A stretch of DNA of 63,942 bases, filler included, from Octopus bimaculoides (GCF_001194135.2; 6 parts of 6 records of this genome joined end to end with filler, not necessarily neighbours in it), one strand, 5' to 3'; shown: positions 25,627-38,169, counted from the first letter of the whole stretch. The notes: generated from the letters alone by a model not told the origin. Numbers and translations: made by a program.

Positions 25627-26205
25627 NNNNNNNNNNNNNNNNNNNNNNNNNNNNNNNNNNNNNNNNNNNNNNNNNNNNNNNNNNNNNNNNNNNNNNNNNN
25701 NNNNNNNNNNNNNNNNNNNNNNNNNNNNNNNNNNNNNNNNNNNNNNNNNNNNNNNNNNNNNNNNNNNNNNNNNNNNNNNNNNNNNNNNNNNNNNNNNNNN
25801 NNNNNNNNNNNNNNNNNNNNNNNNNNNNNNNNNNNNNNNNNNNNNNNNNNNNNNNNNNNNNNNNNNNNNNNNNNNNNNNNNNNNNNNNNNNNNNNNNNNN
25901 NNNNNNNNNNNNNNNNNNNNNNNNNNNNNNNNNNNNNNNNNNNNNNNNNNNNNNNNNNNNNNNNNNNNNNNNNNNNNNNNNNNNNNNNNNNNNNNNNNNN
26001 NNNNNNNNNNNNNNNNNNNNNNNNNNNNNNNNNNNNNNNNNNNNNNNNNNNTCTTTCAGTTTCCGTCTACCAAATCCACTGACAAGGCTTTGGTCGGCCC
26101 GAGGCTATAGTAGAAGATACTTGCCCAAAGTGCCACGCAGTGGGACTGAACCCGGAACCATGTGGTTGTGTAAGGAAGCCACTTACCGCACAGCCACTCT
26201 TGCGC
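25340..26205 (-). mobile_element. SINE family B, full length across an N gap
   Basis: Tail 25340-25560, (CA)n/(TA)n plus gap, head 26053-26205 (gtgccacgcagtgggactgaacccggaacc). Confidence 0.85.
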
Positions 26206-26543
26206 CTTTTCTCTGAGAATGTAGTCCTCCAAGTTATCTTTTTAAGTTGATACATACAACGCACGCTCACGCACACATACACACACACACACACACACTC
26301 TCTCTCTCTCTCACACACACACATACACACGCGCACACAAAACATTCTTTCCAAAAACTCCTAAAGACAAGATGGATATTGATTCTCAATTCTATTAGAG
26401 AGTTAATAAAATTACTTCCAGACACAGATACACTTATACGTACATCCATAGCAAAAGTTCTATGTATGTACGTAAAAAAAAACACAAGTACTTAAAATTC
26501 AATACTAATATACATATGCACTCAATTAAAGCGAATTCATAAC

Positions 26544-27421
26544 TCTGATCAATAAGTACCCGGACTGTTGCCATAGTAACGAAGATAAAGCACGCAGAGT
26601 GAAGCCGCTAGGCACATCGACCTTGAACGCCGTTGTGCATGCACCTTAAGTTTTAACGTACTAGCACACTTCCCCTGTTTACAGTACTGCTCGGAAAGAA
26701 CGTGTGTAGCATGTGATCGTCGCATTGACCATGACAGAGAAAGTTGTCATGGCGACACCTGCTCAGAAGCCTGCGTAAAGTTGCAGAAAATGTATGGAGA
26801 AGAGTGTATGAGCCGCACACAAGTGTATGAGTTGTTCAGGCGTTTCCAAGATGGCCGAAAAAATGTCGAACTTTCTCGGAGACACGAAACCAGCAGAACT
26901 GAGAAAAGCATCGCAAATGTGCGTGCAGCTGTGAGGGGATACCGTCGAATCACTATCTGTGAATTATCAGAGGATGTGCAGATTAGTTACGGTTCAATTC
27001 AGTTCAATACCGCAGAAAATTTAGGTATGAGATGCGTGTCTGCGAAATTTGAGCCAAAACTGCTTTCAGCTGACCAAAAGGATACTTGGGTTTCAGTTGC
27101 ACTAGATCTTGACTGTGTTGAGAATGATAAAACTTTTTGAAAACTTTGCGTATGCCTCTGAGCAGGTATCACGAAGCTTTTGGCAAAATTTGATGCAGAT
27201 TCTCAGCTCAACTTTTTCTGTGATGATCAATGCGATGATCACACGCTACACACAGCCCTTCCAAGCACTACTGTAAACAGCATAAGTGAGCTACTACGTT
27301 AAAAACTTAGTGCGCTTGTACAGCAGAGGCCAAGGTCAGTCTGTGCCAAGAGGCTTTACTCTGCGTGTTTTAGCTTCGTTACTATGGCAACAGTCCGGAT
27401 ATTTATTGATCAAACCACGTA
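26544..27421 (+). mobile_element. Mariner-derived fold-back element with two left ends (inverted repeats of about 250-290 bp)
   Basis: 26546-26795 aligns with the reverse complement of 27136-27412; right end ...ttgatcaaaccacgTA is intact. Confidence 0.85.
26730..27147 (+). pseudogene. Mariner transposase N-terminal half (HTH domains through WVPHEL-like FEPKLL), truncated before the first catalytic Asp
   Basis: ORF 26781-27140 ...YGEECMSRTQVYELFRRFQDGR...RRITICELSEDVQISYGS...LGMRCVSAKFEPKLLSADQK. Confidence 0.9.
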
Positions 27422-28159
27422 TATAAATGATGCTTACAACATATAAACTATATCATACATTATAAATACATGCACAAGCGCAGACACGCATTTATAATCA
27501 TAATACATATAAAGTCATTCATATTCAAATATACATGCACATACATAAAGAAAACGTGTGCATAATTACATATAAATCCAATTAAATTCAAAACATATAG
27601 CTACGGACGCAACGAAACACAGACGCACAAAAGGACACATTGAAATATCGACACATATCTAGAAAAAAATATTGAGAAAGTCACGAAATTCACAAGCATA
27701 ATCATATAGAAATATACAAAACAAACTTACACATAGAACATCATTTAATAATACAGACGTCTTGACGTACAGGAATTATGATATGCACGCAGATACTCGT
27801 ACATACAAACATTCAAATATACAGAAAAATACAATTACACGCATACAATCGCAGGGAAATACAAATCAATCAAAACACAAAACAGTAAATTCGATAACGA
27901 AATTATTGAAATTCGTGATAATAATTGATGAGTGAAGATGGATTGTTTTTCTTCTGTTTTCTTTTTTTCTTTTTCATTTGTTTTTTTAATTTTTTTTAAG
28001 ATGTACAATTTTTATAGAGTGAAATACAACAACAATAACAGTAACAAACGGTAGTGGAAGAAACAGCAACAACAGAAGCATTAGAAAGAAGGAGGATGAA
28101 AATGAGGAAGAAGAAAAGATGGAAGAATAGGAGTAGGAAAATTGGGAAACGAAGAAAAA

Positions 28160-28212
<53 letters not shown>

Positions 28213-28371
28213 CAGAAAAGAATGAATGAAAGAAAAGGGTGAAAAGGAAAGAAAAATATCAACAAGAACAGTAACAACAGCAGCAGCAAAAACAACAAAA
28301 ACAACAACAGTAATGATAATGCTGCTGTTGCTGCTAGTGTTGATGATGACGATGGTGATTGTTTCTGCTTT

Positions 28372-28465
28372 TGATACAAGGCCAACATTTTGGAGGGGAC
28401 AAAGTTAAGTCGATACCATCGACCCTGACCTGTGAAGGATGAAAGAAAATGTTGACCTCAGTAGG
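28372..28465 (-). mobile_element. SINE family A remnant (internally deleted)
   Basis: acaaggccaacattttggagggg...agtcgataccatcgacc...aaggatgaaagaaaatgttgacctc. Confidence 0.55.
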
Positions 28466-28639
28466 GATTCTTTGCTTCGTTTCCTCCAGCATCGATAAAA
28501 TAAAATATCAATGAAGTATTGGGTCGTTATGTTCGACCAACACGATTCTCACAAACTTTTGCCTATGCAAGAAGCCATTGGTTTTGTCGATGTTGTTATT
28601 GTTATTATCTAAATTGGCAGGAATATCATCTTGTGGTTT

Positions 28640-28920
28640 GCTGACAAATCTCCTCAAATCCCGAGAACCTTTATATTAGGTTGCATGTAGAATATAGGAT
28701 TCTACTTTTCTATAAGTCGACAATGCGAGTCGCGTTTCAGTCTCATGGGTAACATTCTGCGTGATAAGTACATAGGTGACACTGTGGTGGGTGCATCAAT
28801 TACGACAGGAATAATTGCAGTCTCTTCAGCTGTCTGGTTAGATCCAAATATTTCCCAATTGTTTCAATTTCTATAGTGTCAGCACTTTCATCATAAGGAA
28901 TTGCAAAGTCTATATTCTTC
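28640..28920 (-). mobile_element. Non-LTR retrotransposon 3' fragment with restriction-like endonuclease C-terminus (R4/Dong-like)
   Basis: IDFAIPYDESADTIEIETIGKYLDLTRQLKRL followed by PVVIDAPTTV and KVLGI*, matching the PD-(D/E)XK RLE tail pattern (IDxAVPxD...KExEKIxKYxDL...VPVVxGALG). Confidence 0.7.
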
Positions 28921-29206
28921 GCTATTGTATTTTGAAGATTATTGGATGGTACTTTTCTGCAATTCAAGTAAAAGTGTCTTAATCGCAATATAGTTCAATC
29001 GCTTAAGTAGTTGTTTGACTGTTATGCAGACTGTTATAAGTAAGCGGTAACAGTGTTGTCATTGGCGTTAATTTGACCTGCATGCATACTGCGTAAAGTG
29101 CTGTCTGTCTCAGGTTCTTGTCCTGAATGCACAGCCTGCACAAATCCTCACTACACACAATATCTTCAATATGCAACATTGGATACTGTGCGATGTCTTC
29201 AATATT

Positions 29207-29207
<1 letters not shown>

Positions 29208-29280
<73 letters not shown>
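29208..29280. repeat. (AAT)n microsatellite
   Basis: Direct reading. Confidence 0.95.
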
Positions 29281-29282
<2 letters not shown>

Positions 29283-29359
29283 GCAGCAATGAGACCAGCA
29301 GCACCAACAATAGCAAGAACAACAACAACAGCACCATCACCACCACCACCACCACCACC

Positions 29360-29459
29360 NNNNNNNNNNNNNNNNNNNNNNNNNNNNNNNNNNNNNNNNN
29401 NNNTTAATTAATTAANNNNNNNNNNNNNNNNNNNNNNNNNNNNNNNNNNNNNNNNNNNN
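29360..29459. other. Artificial scaffold join
   Basis: 44 N + TTAATTAATTAA (29404-29415) + 44 N. Confidence 0.95.
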
Positions 29460-30776
29460 TCTTCTGTAAGTTCTTTCATTCAAGCATTCTTTCCTATAAA
29501 CTGAGTGTATGTTTCAGATCGCTTTGACTGCAAAGTTTCCTTTGTGCCTTAAATGCTCTTTGGATACTTCCATGTTAGAAAGGGTTTTAATCAAAGAAAT
29601 TTTAATTCTATTATTCTGTAAAATAATATTTAATTAGTTTAAATGTACACAAATGCATAAAAATATTTTTTAATTCCATTAGACATTCTAAAATATTAAA
29701 TTTCATTCAATTTTAAAAAAGGTAAAATCAGACAAAACTTATGGGATGACCTGATATATATATACCTATACATAAATATATATTATCTGAAAAGCATAGT
29801 ATTAAATATCCATCACCGCTGATCTTACCAATTGGTTTCGCATAAAGAATACAATGGAATGTTAGGTAATAATCCAATTATATAACTCCACGCTTGTCAG
29901 AGTTAGCTGATATGGAAGGGAATATAGCAACTGCTCTCTATTGTCAGAGGTTGATTAGCAAAACCAGTCAGCAGCTACTATGAAAAAGATAATGAAACAA
30001 AAAAGGGGCCAGATGATTAGGTTAGGAGTTAAGTCCCTGGGTTGAGTATGCTGTTAAGCCAGAAAGAGTTATTTTGAAGTGGGGAAAGTGTGTATTATTA
30101 TTGTGGTGCTCCAGATGGGATGGGGTGTGTGATGTGTGTAGTGCTGTCATATACATAATTTTATCTGGGGGGTGTAGGTATATATAGGTGTGTTCGTTGG
30201 TCTGTTTTCTTTCTGTAAAAGATAGAGTCATGGGTATGTAATGTGTAATGTGTGTAGGGATACAATTTGTGTGCAAGGGTAGTAAGAGAGAGTCTATTTT
30301 GTGGGGGGGGGGGTCTGCCTTATAGGAGTATATGCATGTGTACATGGGAGCATTGGTACATGCTTTGGTGTGTGCTTTGGTCAAACTCTTTTTGCCAGGC
30401 CTGAGGGCATTGGTGGAAGGTCATTGGTGGAGGGTCGAGGGAGGAGACCTGTGGTTGCAGTCATGGTGGGGTGCGCAGGTACAATAGGATGTACTTCCAT
30501 GTGTATGTATATATATATATATATTGTGTATTTNNNNNNNNNNNNNNNNNNNNNNNNNNNNNNNNNNNNNNNNNNNNNNNNNNNNNNNNNNNNNNNNNNN
30601 NNNNNNNNNNNNNNNNNNNNNNNNNNNNNNNNNNNNNNNNNNNNNNNNNNNNNNNNNNNNNNNNNNNNNNNNNNNNNNNNNNNNNNNNNNNNNNNATATA
30701 TATATATATATATATATAATATATATACATACAAACACACATATATATATATACCAATATATGTGTATATATAATG

Positions 30777-30989
30777 CGGTGAGCTGGCAGAAATGTTAGC
30801 ATGCCGGGCGAAATGCTTAGCGGTATTTCATCTGTCTTTACATTCTGAGTTCAAATTCCGCCGAGGTCAACTTTGCCTTTGAACCTTTTGGGGTCAATAA
30901 ATTAAGTACCAGTTGCATACTGGGGTCAATCTAATCAACTGGGCCCCTCCCCAAGAATTTCGGGCCTTGTGCCTAGAGTAGAAAAGAAT
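30777..30989 (+). mobile_element. SINE family A (variant 3' tail), CpG-decayed
   Basis: gcggtgagctggcagaaatgttagc...gagttcaaattccgccgagg...gggccttgtgcctagagtagaaaagaat. Confidence 0.9.
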
Positions 30990-31372
30990 ATATGTGTATA
31001 CAAATATGTGCGTATGTGTGTGTAAATAAATATACATATATATATGAGTAACTGTAATGTTGTAAACATCTTAAATAAATTGAAAATGTAATTGAGAGTT
31101 GTAGTAGGTTCCATCAATAGTGGCATTGACCTAATGGCCAAAGAAGATACAACAACCATGTGGAGTCACTTAAACAGGTAATGTGTAAGAAAGAAAAAAA
31201 AACTGTCTATGTTAGATTTTAGAAGAGGCCAATTATGTTATCATTTAAAAGGAATTAGGTGAACTGACAGTTGCATTTTATTGTAAACTCCTATGTTTTG
31301 AAGAAGGAAAATAAACAAAGCATTTATTGTTTTGAATAATTAAATGTATTGTATGTCTCATCTTCATCTTCA

Positions 31373-31543
31373 TTTTAACATCCACTTTTCCATACTTGCA
31401 TAGGTCAGACAGAAATTGTTGAGGTGGATTAGATTTTCTTGTGTTGGATGCCCTTCCTGTCACCAACTCTCACCAGTTTCCAATCAAAGTAATGTTCCTC
31501 ATGACCCAGACATGTTACAACTATCACATGAAATCAAGGAGAC

Positions 31544-31594
<51 letters not shown>

Positions 31595-31742
31595 CATGTA
31601 CAAGCTTCTTTCAGTTTCCATCTACCAAATCCACACACAAAACTTTGCTTTGCCCAAGGTTAGAGTAGAAGACACTTTCCCAAGATGCCACATAGTGGGA
31701 TTGAACTAGAGATGATGAGGCTGGGAAGCAAACTTCTTACCA
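31373..31742 (-). mobile_element. SINE family B2 (family B head, alternative 3' tail)
   Basis: Head 31605-31742, (CA)n, tail ...ggatgcccttcctgtcaccaac...ccatacttgcataggtcagac. Confidence 0.7.
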
Positions 31743-32043
31743 TATATATGTGCATGCATGCATGCTTGTGTGCACGTGTGTGTGTATATTCAGGCCTTGT
31801 TTGGTATATGGCATTGAAATGTCACAACAATAACAAAACATTGATGTCAGTCACTCCAAAAAGTGACCTGATGTGAGTTGTCTCACTTGCCTATGATTTG
31901 CTTTCAAGTGTTTTTAACACCAGGTACATTGAGAATATATTCTCTTACACAAAAAACGTAACTAACCTACAAAATAACACACACACACACCTTGTGCTTG
32001 TGTGTTTGATATGGTAATGTGTGTGCATGTGCGTTTGTAATAG

Positions 32044-32660
32044 ACACAATCATAGTTGTGTGAATGAGAAGTTTGCTTCCCAGCCATGTAGTTTCGTGTT
32101 CATTCCCTTTACATGGCACCTTGGGTGAGTGTCTTATGGGATAGCTCAGGAATAATCAAAACTTTGTGAGTAGATTTGGTAGATGGAAACTGTGAAAAAC
32201 TTTTGTGCATGCATGCGTGTGTGTTTTTGTCTCCATATCTTGACATCATGTGATGGTTATAAATAAACATCCCACACTTCAAGTCTTCTATGAAAAGAAG
32301 TCTGGTGATGGGAAATATTACCTTGCTTGGAAACAGGTGATGCTTGGCAACAGGAAGAATATACAGCTGTAGAAAATGAGCCTCAACAGACAACATCTTA
32401 TTTCTTTACTGCCCACAAGGGGCTACACACAGAGGGGACAAACAAGGACAGACAAACGGGTTAAGTCGATTATATTGACCCCAGTGTGTAACTGGTACTT
32501 AATTTATCGACCCCGAAAGGATGAAAGGCAAAGTCGACCTCAGCGGAATTTGAACTCAGAACGTAGCGGCAGATGAAATACCGCTAAGCATTTCACCCAG
32601 TGTGCTAACGTTTCTTCCAGCTTGCCACATTTACCTCAACAGACAACATCTGACCGACAC
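32044..32660 (+). mobile_element. SINE family B2, host of a nested family A SINE
   Basis: B head 32044-32200; tail ttggcaacaggaag...gtagaaaatgagcctcaac interrupted at 32399. Confidence 0.7.
32399..32633 (-). mobile_element. SINE family A with perfect 18-bp target-site duplication
   Basis: cctcaacagacaacatct at 32381-32398 and 32634-32651. Confidence 0.92.
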
Positions 32661-32665
32661 AAGAA

Positions 32666-32882
32666 TTTAAAGTGGCTATATCCAGATCAAACATTGTATT
32701 TGTTTTATGTTCAAGCTGTCCAGATCCAGTCTTTCACACCTACCCTGCAATGTCATTCTAAAAAAAATGAATAATCACATCATCAAATCTCAAAGCTATA
32801 GAACAATATATGATTAGTTAAAAACAATGGGGATAAATAAGTATTGAATCTGACAGAGTTATCTGAATGCTAAAAGGGTTAA
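32666..32882 (-). mobile_element. piggyBac-like MITE, one end lost
   Basis: Reverse copy of the 43559/47091 family, ending aatgctaaaagggTTAA. Confidence 0.7.
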
Positions 32883-33238
32883 AGCTATGATGATGAGTTG
32901 AGATACAACAGGAAAAAGAAACACAAGAAAACACTTTAATAATCCCTCCTTGTTACATGTTAGAAACAGTTATTTCTGAACCAAGTAAAGGATATGACAA
33001 ACCTCTCCAAAATGCTTGCTGGCCATATCTGCCATCATAGTATGGAAGTACATGCGATCTTTGTCATCAGTTAGACGGTCATGAAAGATTCGGGTGGCTT
33101 CATGACAAAACAAATTAAAAATCTGTTCTTTTGTATGAATTACTTGTAAATTAGCTTGTAATACACCTAAATAGAAGGAAAAAAAGTCATGAACATTATT
33201 TCAGTAAGAAGGTTATGGAAGAATGATTACAATTTTCT

Positions 33239-33472
33239 TATTTGTTTATTGCCCACAAGAGGCTAAACATAGAGGGGACAAACAAGGACAGACAAACGGA
33301 TTAAGTTGATTATATCGACCCCAGTGCGTAACTGGTACTTAATTTATCGACCCCGAAAGGATGAAAGGCAAAGTCGACGTCGGCGAAATTTGAACTCAGA
33401 ACGTAATGGCAGACGAAATACCACTAAGCATTTCGCCCGGCATGATAACATCTCTGCCAGCTCGCCCCCTTT
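33239..33472 (-). mobile_element. SINE family A with 15-bp TSD (1 mismatch)
   Basis: tgattacaattttct 33224-33238 versus tgatttcaattttct 33473-33487. Confidence 0.9.
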
Positions 33473-33611
33473 TGATTTCAATTTTCTGCTTACATAATTT
33501 CATGTTTGTTTTATTATATATTCATCATCATCATCGACAACAACAACATCATCATCATCATCAACAACAACAACATCGTCATCATCATCAACAACAACAT
33601 CGTCATCATCA

Positions 33612-33705
33612 TTTTAACATCCACTCATCCACAGTTTGCATGGTCAGACTGAGTTTATTGAGGCAGATTTTCTATAAGCAGATGCCCTTCCTATTTTTCA
33701 TTACA
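33612..33705 (-). mobile_element. SINE B2 3' tail
   Basis: ttttaacatccact...ttgcatggtcagac...gaggcagattttcta...gatgcccttcct. Confidence 0.6.
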
Positions 33706-33711
33706 CAGCAG

Positions 33712-33868
33712 GTGTGATTATGTGGTTAGAAAGTTCACTTCTTAACCATGTGAGTTAAGGTTCATTCCCACTGTGTGGTACCTTGGGCAAGAATGATCTG
33801 ATATAGCTTCAAGCCAACCAAAGCTTTGAGAGAGGATTTGGTAAACAAAAACTGAAAGAAACTCATCA
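33712..33868 (+). mobile_element. SINE family B head, interrupted by a maT transposon
   Basis: ggttcattcccactgtgtggtaccttgggcaag...aaaactgaaagaaactcatc. Confidence 0.7.
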
Positions 33869-33874
33869 GATTTA

Positions 33875-35106
33875 GTGTTTGAGCTAAATTTGACAGTTTG
33901 CATAAAAGGAAAACAAAATACAATACCCCAACCAAAAATAAAAGTATTTAAAAAAAAATCAAAATACATCAACTAGATTATGGCTGGGAGATGACAGTTT
34001 GCTCTAAGTATCCACACTTAGCTTCCATCACAGCCTCAAGACAGCTCTGGAACCTGGCACGTGCATTCCTTCTCAACCTTGGCCACCAGCTCTGCCTTCA
34101 ATGTTGTAGGCAGAGTGATTGGTGTTTTTTCTCAACTGCGCCCCACACATAGTAACCCATGGGATTACAATCAGAGGAATTAGGAAGCCAGAAATTGTGG
34201 TTGACGGCCTGGTGGAGTCATAGAAATTCTCTTACAACCACTTCTAACTCTTTCTGGTGGTATGGCAAGGAGATGAATTCTGCTGCCACACATACGGTCT
34301 TCCAGCAACAACCCTCTCCAGCCAGGGTTTCACCATAATCTTACAGCAGCTTCACATAGCCATCTGAATTGAGCCTAAGGTCCTGTTCAAAGATGTATGG
34401 CAGCATGATACCACCCTCAAAGTGCATCACAGTTTGGGGGAACTTGGTTTTCATAATACATGGAACATCACATGGATTGTGTTGTTCTGGGTATTGTGCA
34501 ACTGGTCCAGGCAGGAAATCTTTTCATCTGAAAACCAGGTCATCCCCAACTCAACAGGATACCTCACCTTGGTCAGGAGCTCCTTTACCTTCATCAAACA
34601 GTTCTCCATTAGCCTTGGCTGTCAGAATTTGTCCCTTGTGCCTCTTATACATGTGGTAGCAAAATTCCTCATTTAGGGTCAGCATCATGGTGGCAATTCC
34701 AACAACCATTTCTATCACCAAATCCCAGAATCCTTTGCTTAGATCTTCTATCACCTTGTCTTGCAGTTGTTGGGTGAATTTGAGTGTATGGACAAAGACT
34801 GCTTGTTGTATCCCTTCCTGCCAGCTATGGCTTCATAGTCGCCATTGCAGCTGTTCTTGCCGTGTCTTGCAATCTCTACAGTGTTCAAAGGGCATTGAGC
34901 AGCAATCATAATATCAGCATTTTAACACCCAGCATGAATCATCAATATTCAGATGGCCTTCAGTTCTCCACGTCAGTTAACATTTTCTCAATTACAACTT
35001 TAATCTTTATGCTCTCCAACACTATTGACTATTCACCATTACATCAAGCTGTTCCTAGAAAAAGGAGACATTAAAAAAAATCATTAAATTTAACCCAAGC
35101 ACCCAG
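33875..35106 (-). mobile_element. Tc1/mariner-superfamily DNA transposon, DD37D (maT/Bmmar1-like), near full-length pseudogene
   Basis: Minus-strand translation with stops and shifts: WFSDEKISCLDQLHNTQNN...MKTKFPQTVM...RLNSDGYVKLL...VKPWLERVVAGRPYVWQQNSSPCHT...NFWLPNSSDCNPMGYYVWGAVE. Degenerate TIRs gtgtttgagctaaattt / aaatttaacccaagcacccag-TA. Confidence 0.85.
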
Positions 35107-35111
35107 TATAA

Positions 35112-35144
<33 letters not shown>

Positions 35145-35383
35145 CACACACATAATTGTATATACTCCAAACAATTTTTACCAGCCAGCAAAGAGTACAC
35201 AAAATTACCAATTGGAAAAATTCACAGAATGACTTAACAACAAATTGTAGTCACAGATGTTAAATACTGATTATTGTGGTTAGCCATTAACTGGAACTTA
35301 ACTGAGAGTTAATGCAGTATCTGCCCAGATCATATATCCCTCCAAACTCACACACACACACATACACACACAGTGGGAGTGTA

Positions 35384-35422
<39 letters not shown>

Positions 35423-35539
35423 TCAGTGTGTTAGTGTACTTGTGTGAGTGTGTTTCCATTTCTGTTTTCATATGTTCACTGTTTGTAAACAATGAAAGTG
35501 TTGTTCATTTGCAGTCCACTTCAAACCATATTTTCAGAA

Positions 35540-35672
35540 CTGGGATATTATTACTTTGCTTGAAAACATGTGCAGTTGGTGACAGGAAGGACATCCAGCT
35601 GTAGAAAACTCTTCCCTAATATCATCTCACCTGACCCATGCAAGCATAGAAAAGCAGACATTGAAACAATGA
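35540..35672 (+). mobile_element. SINE B2 3' tail
   Basis: ttggtgacaggaaggacatccagctgtagaaaac...ctgacccatgcaagcatagaaaagcagacattgaaacaatga. Confidence 0.65.
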
Positions 35673-37914
35673 CATCTTACTTAATCAACATTAAGTTTGT
35701 ATTGAACGTTGTTTCATACACATCATCCATTTTCATTACATGCCCATACTAAGTCAAGCAGTCTACCCTGCATACAGTAATCAGTAGCTTCTAATATCTA
35801 CTTTCAATAGCAACCAATGTTAATTTGCAGGTGAAAACAATTCTTCAAGACTAATCTACCTTGATAGATTTTTTAGCTTGTCGACATAATGATATTCTAA
35901 CTCAAACAGCAGGATTATTATTGACTGTGTATCAGAACAAAATCCATATGTGATACTAGCAGAATGACTGCTCTCCAGGCAGTTTTCTGCTAGTCCCTTG
36001 ATAATATTTTCACATTTGATTCCCAATTCTAATAATTTTTATATTTTACGTCTAATTATTCCTTTGCATAATAGTAAATATTGCTTTTACTATTTTATCA
36101 CATTCATAATCTCTCTTTTTTAAACAAACATCACAGTAGTCCAACAACAGAGGGAGAAGCAGTTTGTCAAGAATTACTTTCCCCTCAAAGCAACATAGAG
36201 ATTTCAATTAAGCAGCCCATCTGTAAGCTTTGCAGTGTGTGTGAGAGAGAGAAAACATTGCAAACAATGAATGATATAAACATGAAATGAAAAAATTGTA
36301 TAAATAGAAGGGCATTACTACAGATGTATATGCCCCTGACTTTGTTACCTCATAACATCCAGGAAAATGGACACTTTTTCACAAAATTTTCAATAAATAC
36401 TGCTTAGATGTTGTGGATTCAGAGTATATAGGAATTTATGAGAAAGAATTTTTCTGAGGGGGTGGAGAGAGGCGTTTCAGAAAATTCCCATGATCTGACT
36501 TTTTCCCTCATAACTTTCAGGAAGATGGGTATCTTTTAACGAAAATTTATACAAATCCCTTTCAAACAGCATAGATTACGATTATAAAGAAATTTGGGGG
36601 GGAAATCTTTTCAGGGATTTTCCCTATTTTTATAAAACCACAACCTTCGAAATGATGGGGTTGAAGGTGCATCTTTGTATGAAAAATGTTTTGGAAACTC
36701 TTTTTTNNNNNNNNNNTCTAGCACATCCTCATTTCTTTATCACTCTCACATGTATTGATGTTTTTCAATATTTTTTCCCTATAAATACATTTATCTTATC
36801 TATAAAAGGCAGATTTTCTGTGTATGTGTGTGTATGTTTAAAATTCATACATTTACACAATTCCAAATTTCTTGAATTAAAGAATCGGAATTAATATTCT
36901 AAATACAATAAGTTAGGTCACAGCGTCATTTTTTTCAGTCAAAAAAAAATTTGAGAAATTATGAATCCTTTGCAACTCCACTCTGTGTCCACAATTGTTT
37001 CTGTTTAGAAATTAAAATATTGTAGAGCCTGAGAAGGTCATTGGAGCATCTACTCTTTCACTTCCTGTGGAAGGAATGCATTCATTCCACTGATTAAAAG
37101 ATCCTGCTTGTGCAAACATTTTACGACCTGGTGTCTATCTCCTGGAATGTTGTCTGGATTCTCACAGTTCTCTTACAACTCAAGCAATGTGGTCAATTAT
37201 ACATCAGTCTTTGTATTCTGTAGAGTAATAGTTGTGGACAAGGAGATGACATTTCGGGGGAAATTCTAGGCATTGACAACAGTCTTCTGAATAATCTAAT
37301 TCTGAGAGCTTTCAACACAGAGACAACTTTCAGAAATCTCTGGACTGAAAGGGTTATAAGAGAAGGAAGTATATTACCAGTTTGGAACAAGTGCTACAGG
37401 AACATAAGTGCCAGCAAAGGACCAACCTAAGATGCATGCAAAATGACAAAGGCTTTCTCAGTAATATTTCCCATAAAAACAAGAGTCAAAGGAAAGTAGT
37501 GGATGTCTGTGTCAAGGAAAATTAGTAAAGTTTACAAATTCAGTTAGGTTAGTCAAGATTCTTGTATTTTCTTACAGCAAATGAACTTACACAAATTTAT
37601 GAACATTTCTAATAGGTCAACAGTAAAAAACAATTGTTTTCAAAATACATGAAATCATGTGCATCGTGAGAAGAATGGAAACCAGACATTAAAAAAAAAA
37701 ACTAATTAATACATCTATGGCTTCAAATATCAGTGTTTAGATGATCAGGCTTAATTTTTTAACACATACCAAATAAATGTAACTACTTTGCAATTAAGAA
37801 TTTAAGATTTTGACTCAAATCAGAAGAGACATTAGTTTTCTGTTTTTAATTATTTTGAAAAAAGTAAATGTTTTTAAAGAATAGTTGCTGTTGTTGTTGT
37901 TGCTGTTGTTGTTG

Positions 37915-37985
37915 TTGTTTAGCCCAAGTTCAGATCCAATCAAGCAGAGCTATAACCAAAAGCATTCCTATTGTGATCATTTTGA
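37915..37985 (-). mobile_element. 3' tail of a further retroposon family after (GTT)n; related remnant at 62795-62860
   Basis: gtttagcccaagttcagatccaatcaagcagagctat versus gttaagcctcatttcagccttgatcgtgctgacctat, both preceded by (GTT)n. Confidence 0.4.
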
Positions 37986-38169
37986 CTTCTTGAATATCTA
38001 GGGGCACAGTCTGATGTGTCATTTCTGTTTAAATAAAAGGATGTTATTTGATAGAATCTGGCTACTATTTTTTCTACATCAAGTGACCAAGAAAAATCAC
38101 TTTGGGGTTATGTTCCTTCTTTTTTGTAATAGTTTGGTCAGGAGAAAGGGAGGGTATTGTTCATGCTCT

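Noticed and set aside
30080-30500. G/T-skewed block as a LINE fragment
   Set aside because: No translatable motif found; composition alone is insufficient.
36330-36660. Possible Helentron/MITE-like element with duplicated cctcataac...gaaaatgg sub-repeats
   Set aside because: No termini could be defined; single copy in the window.
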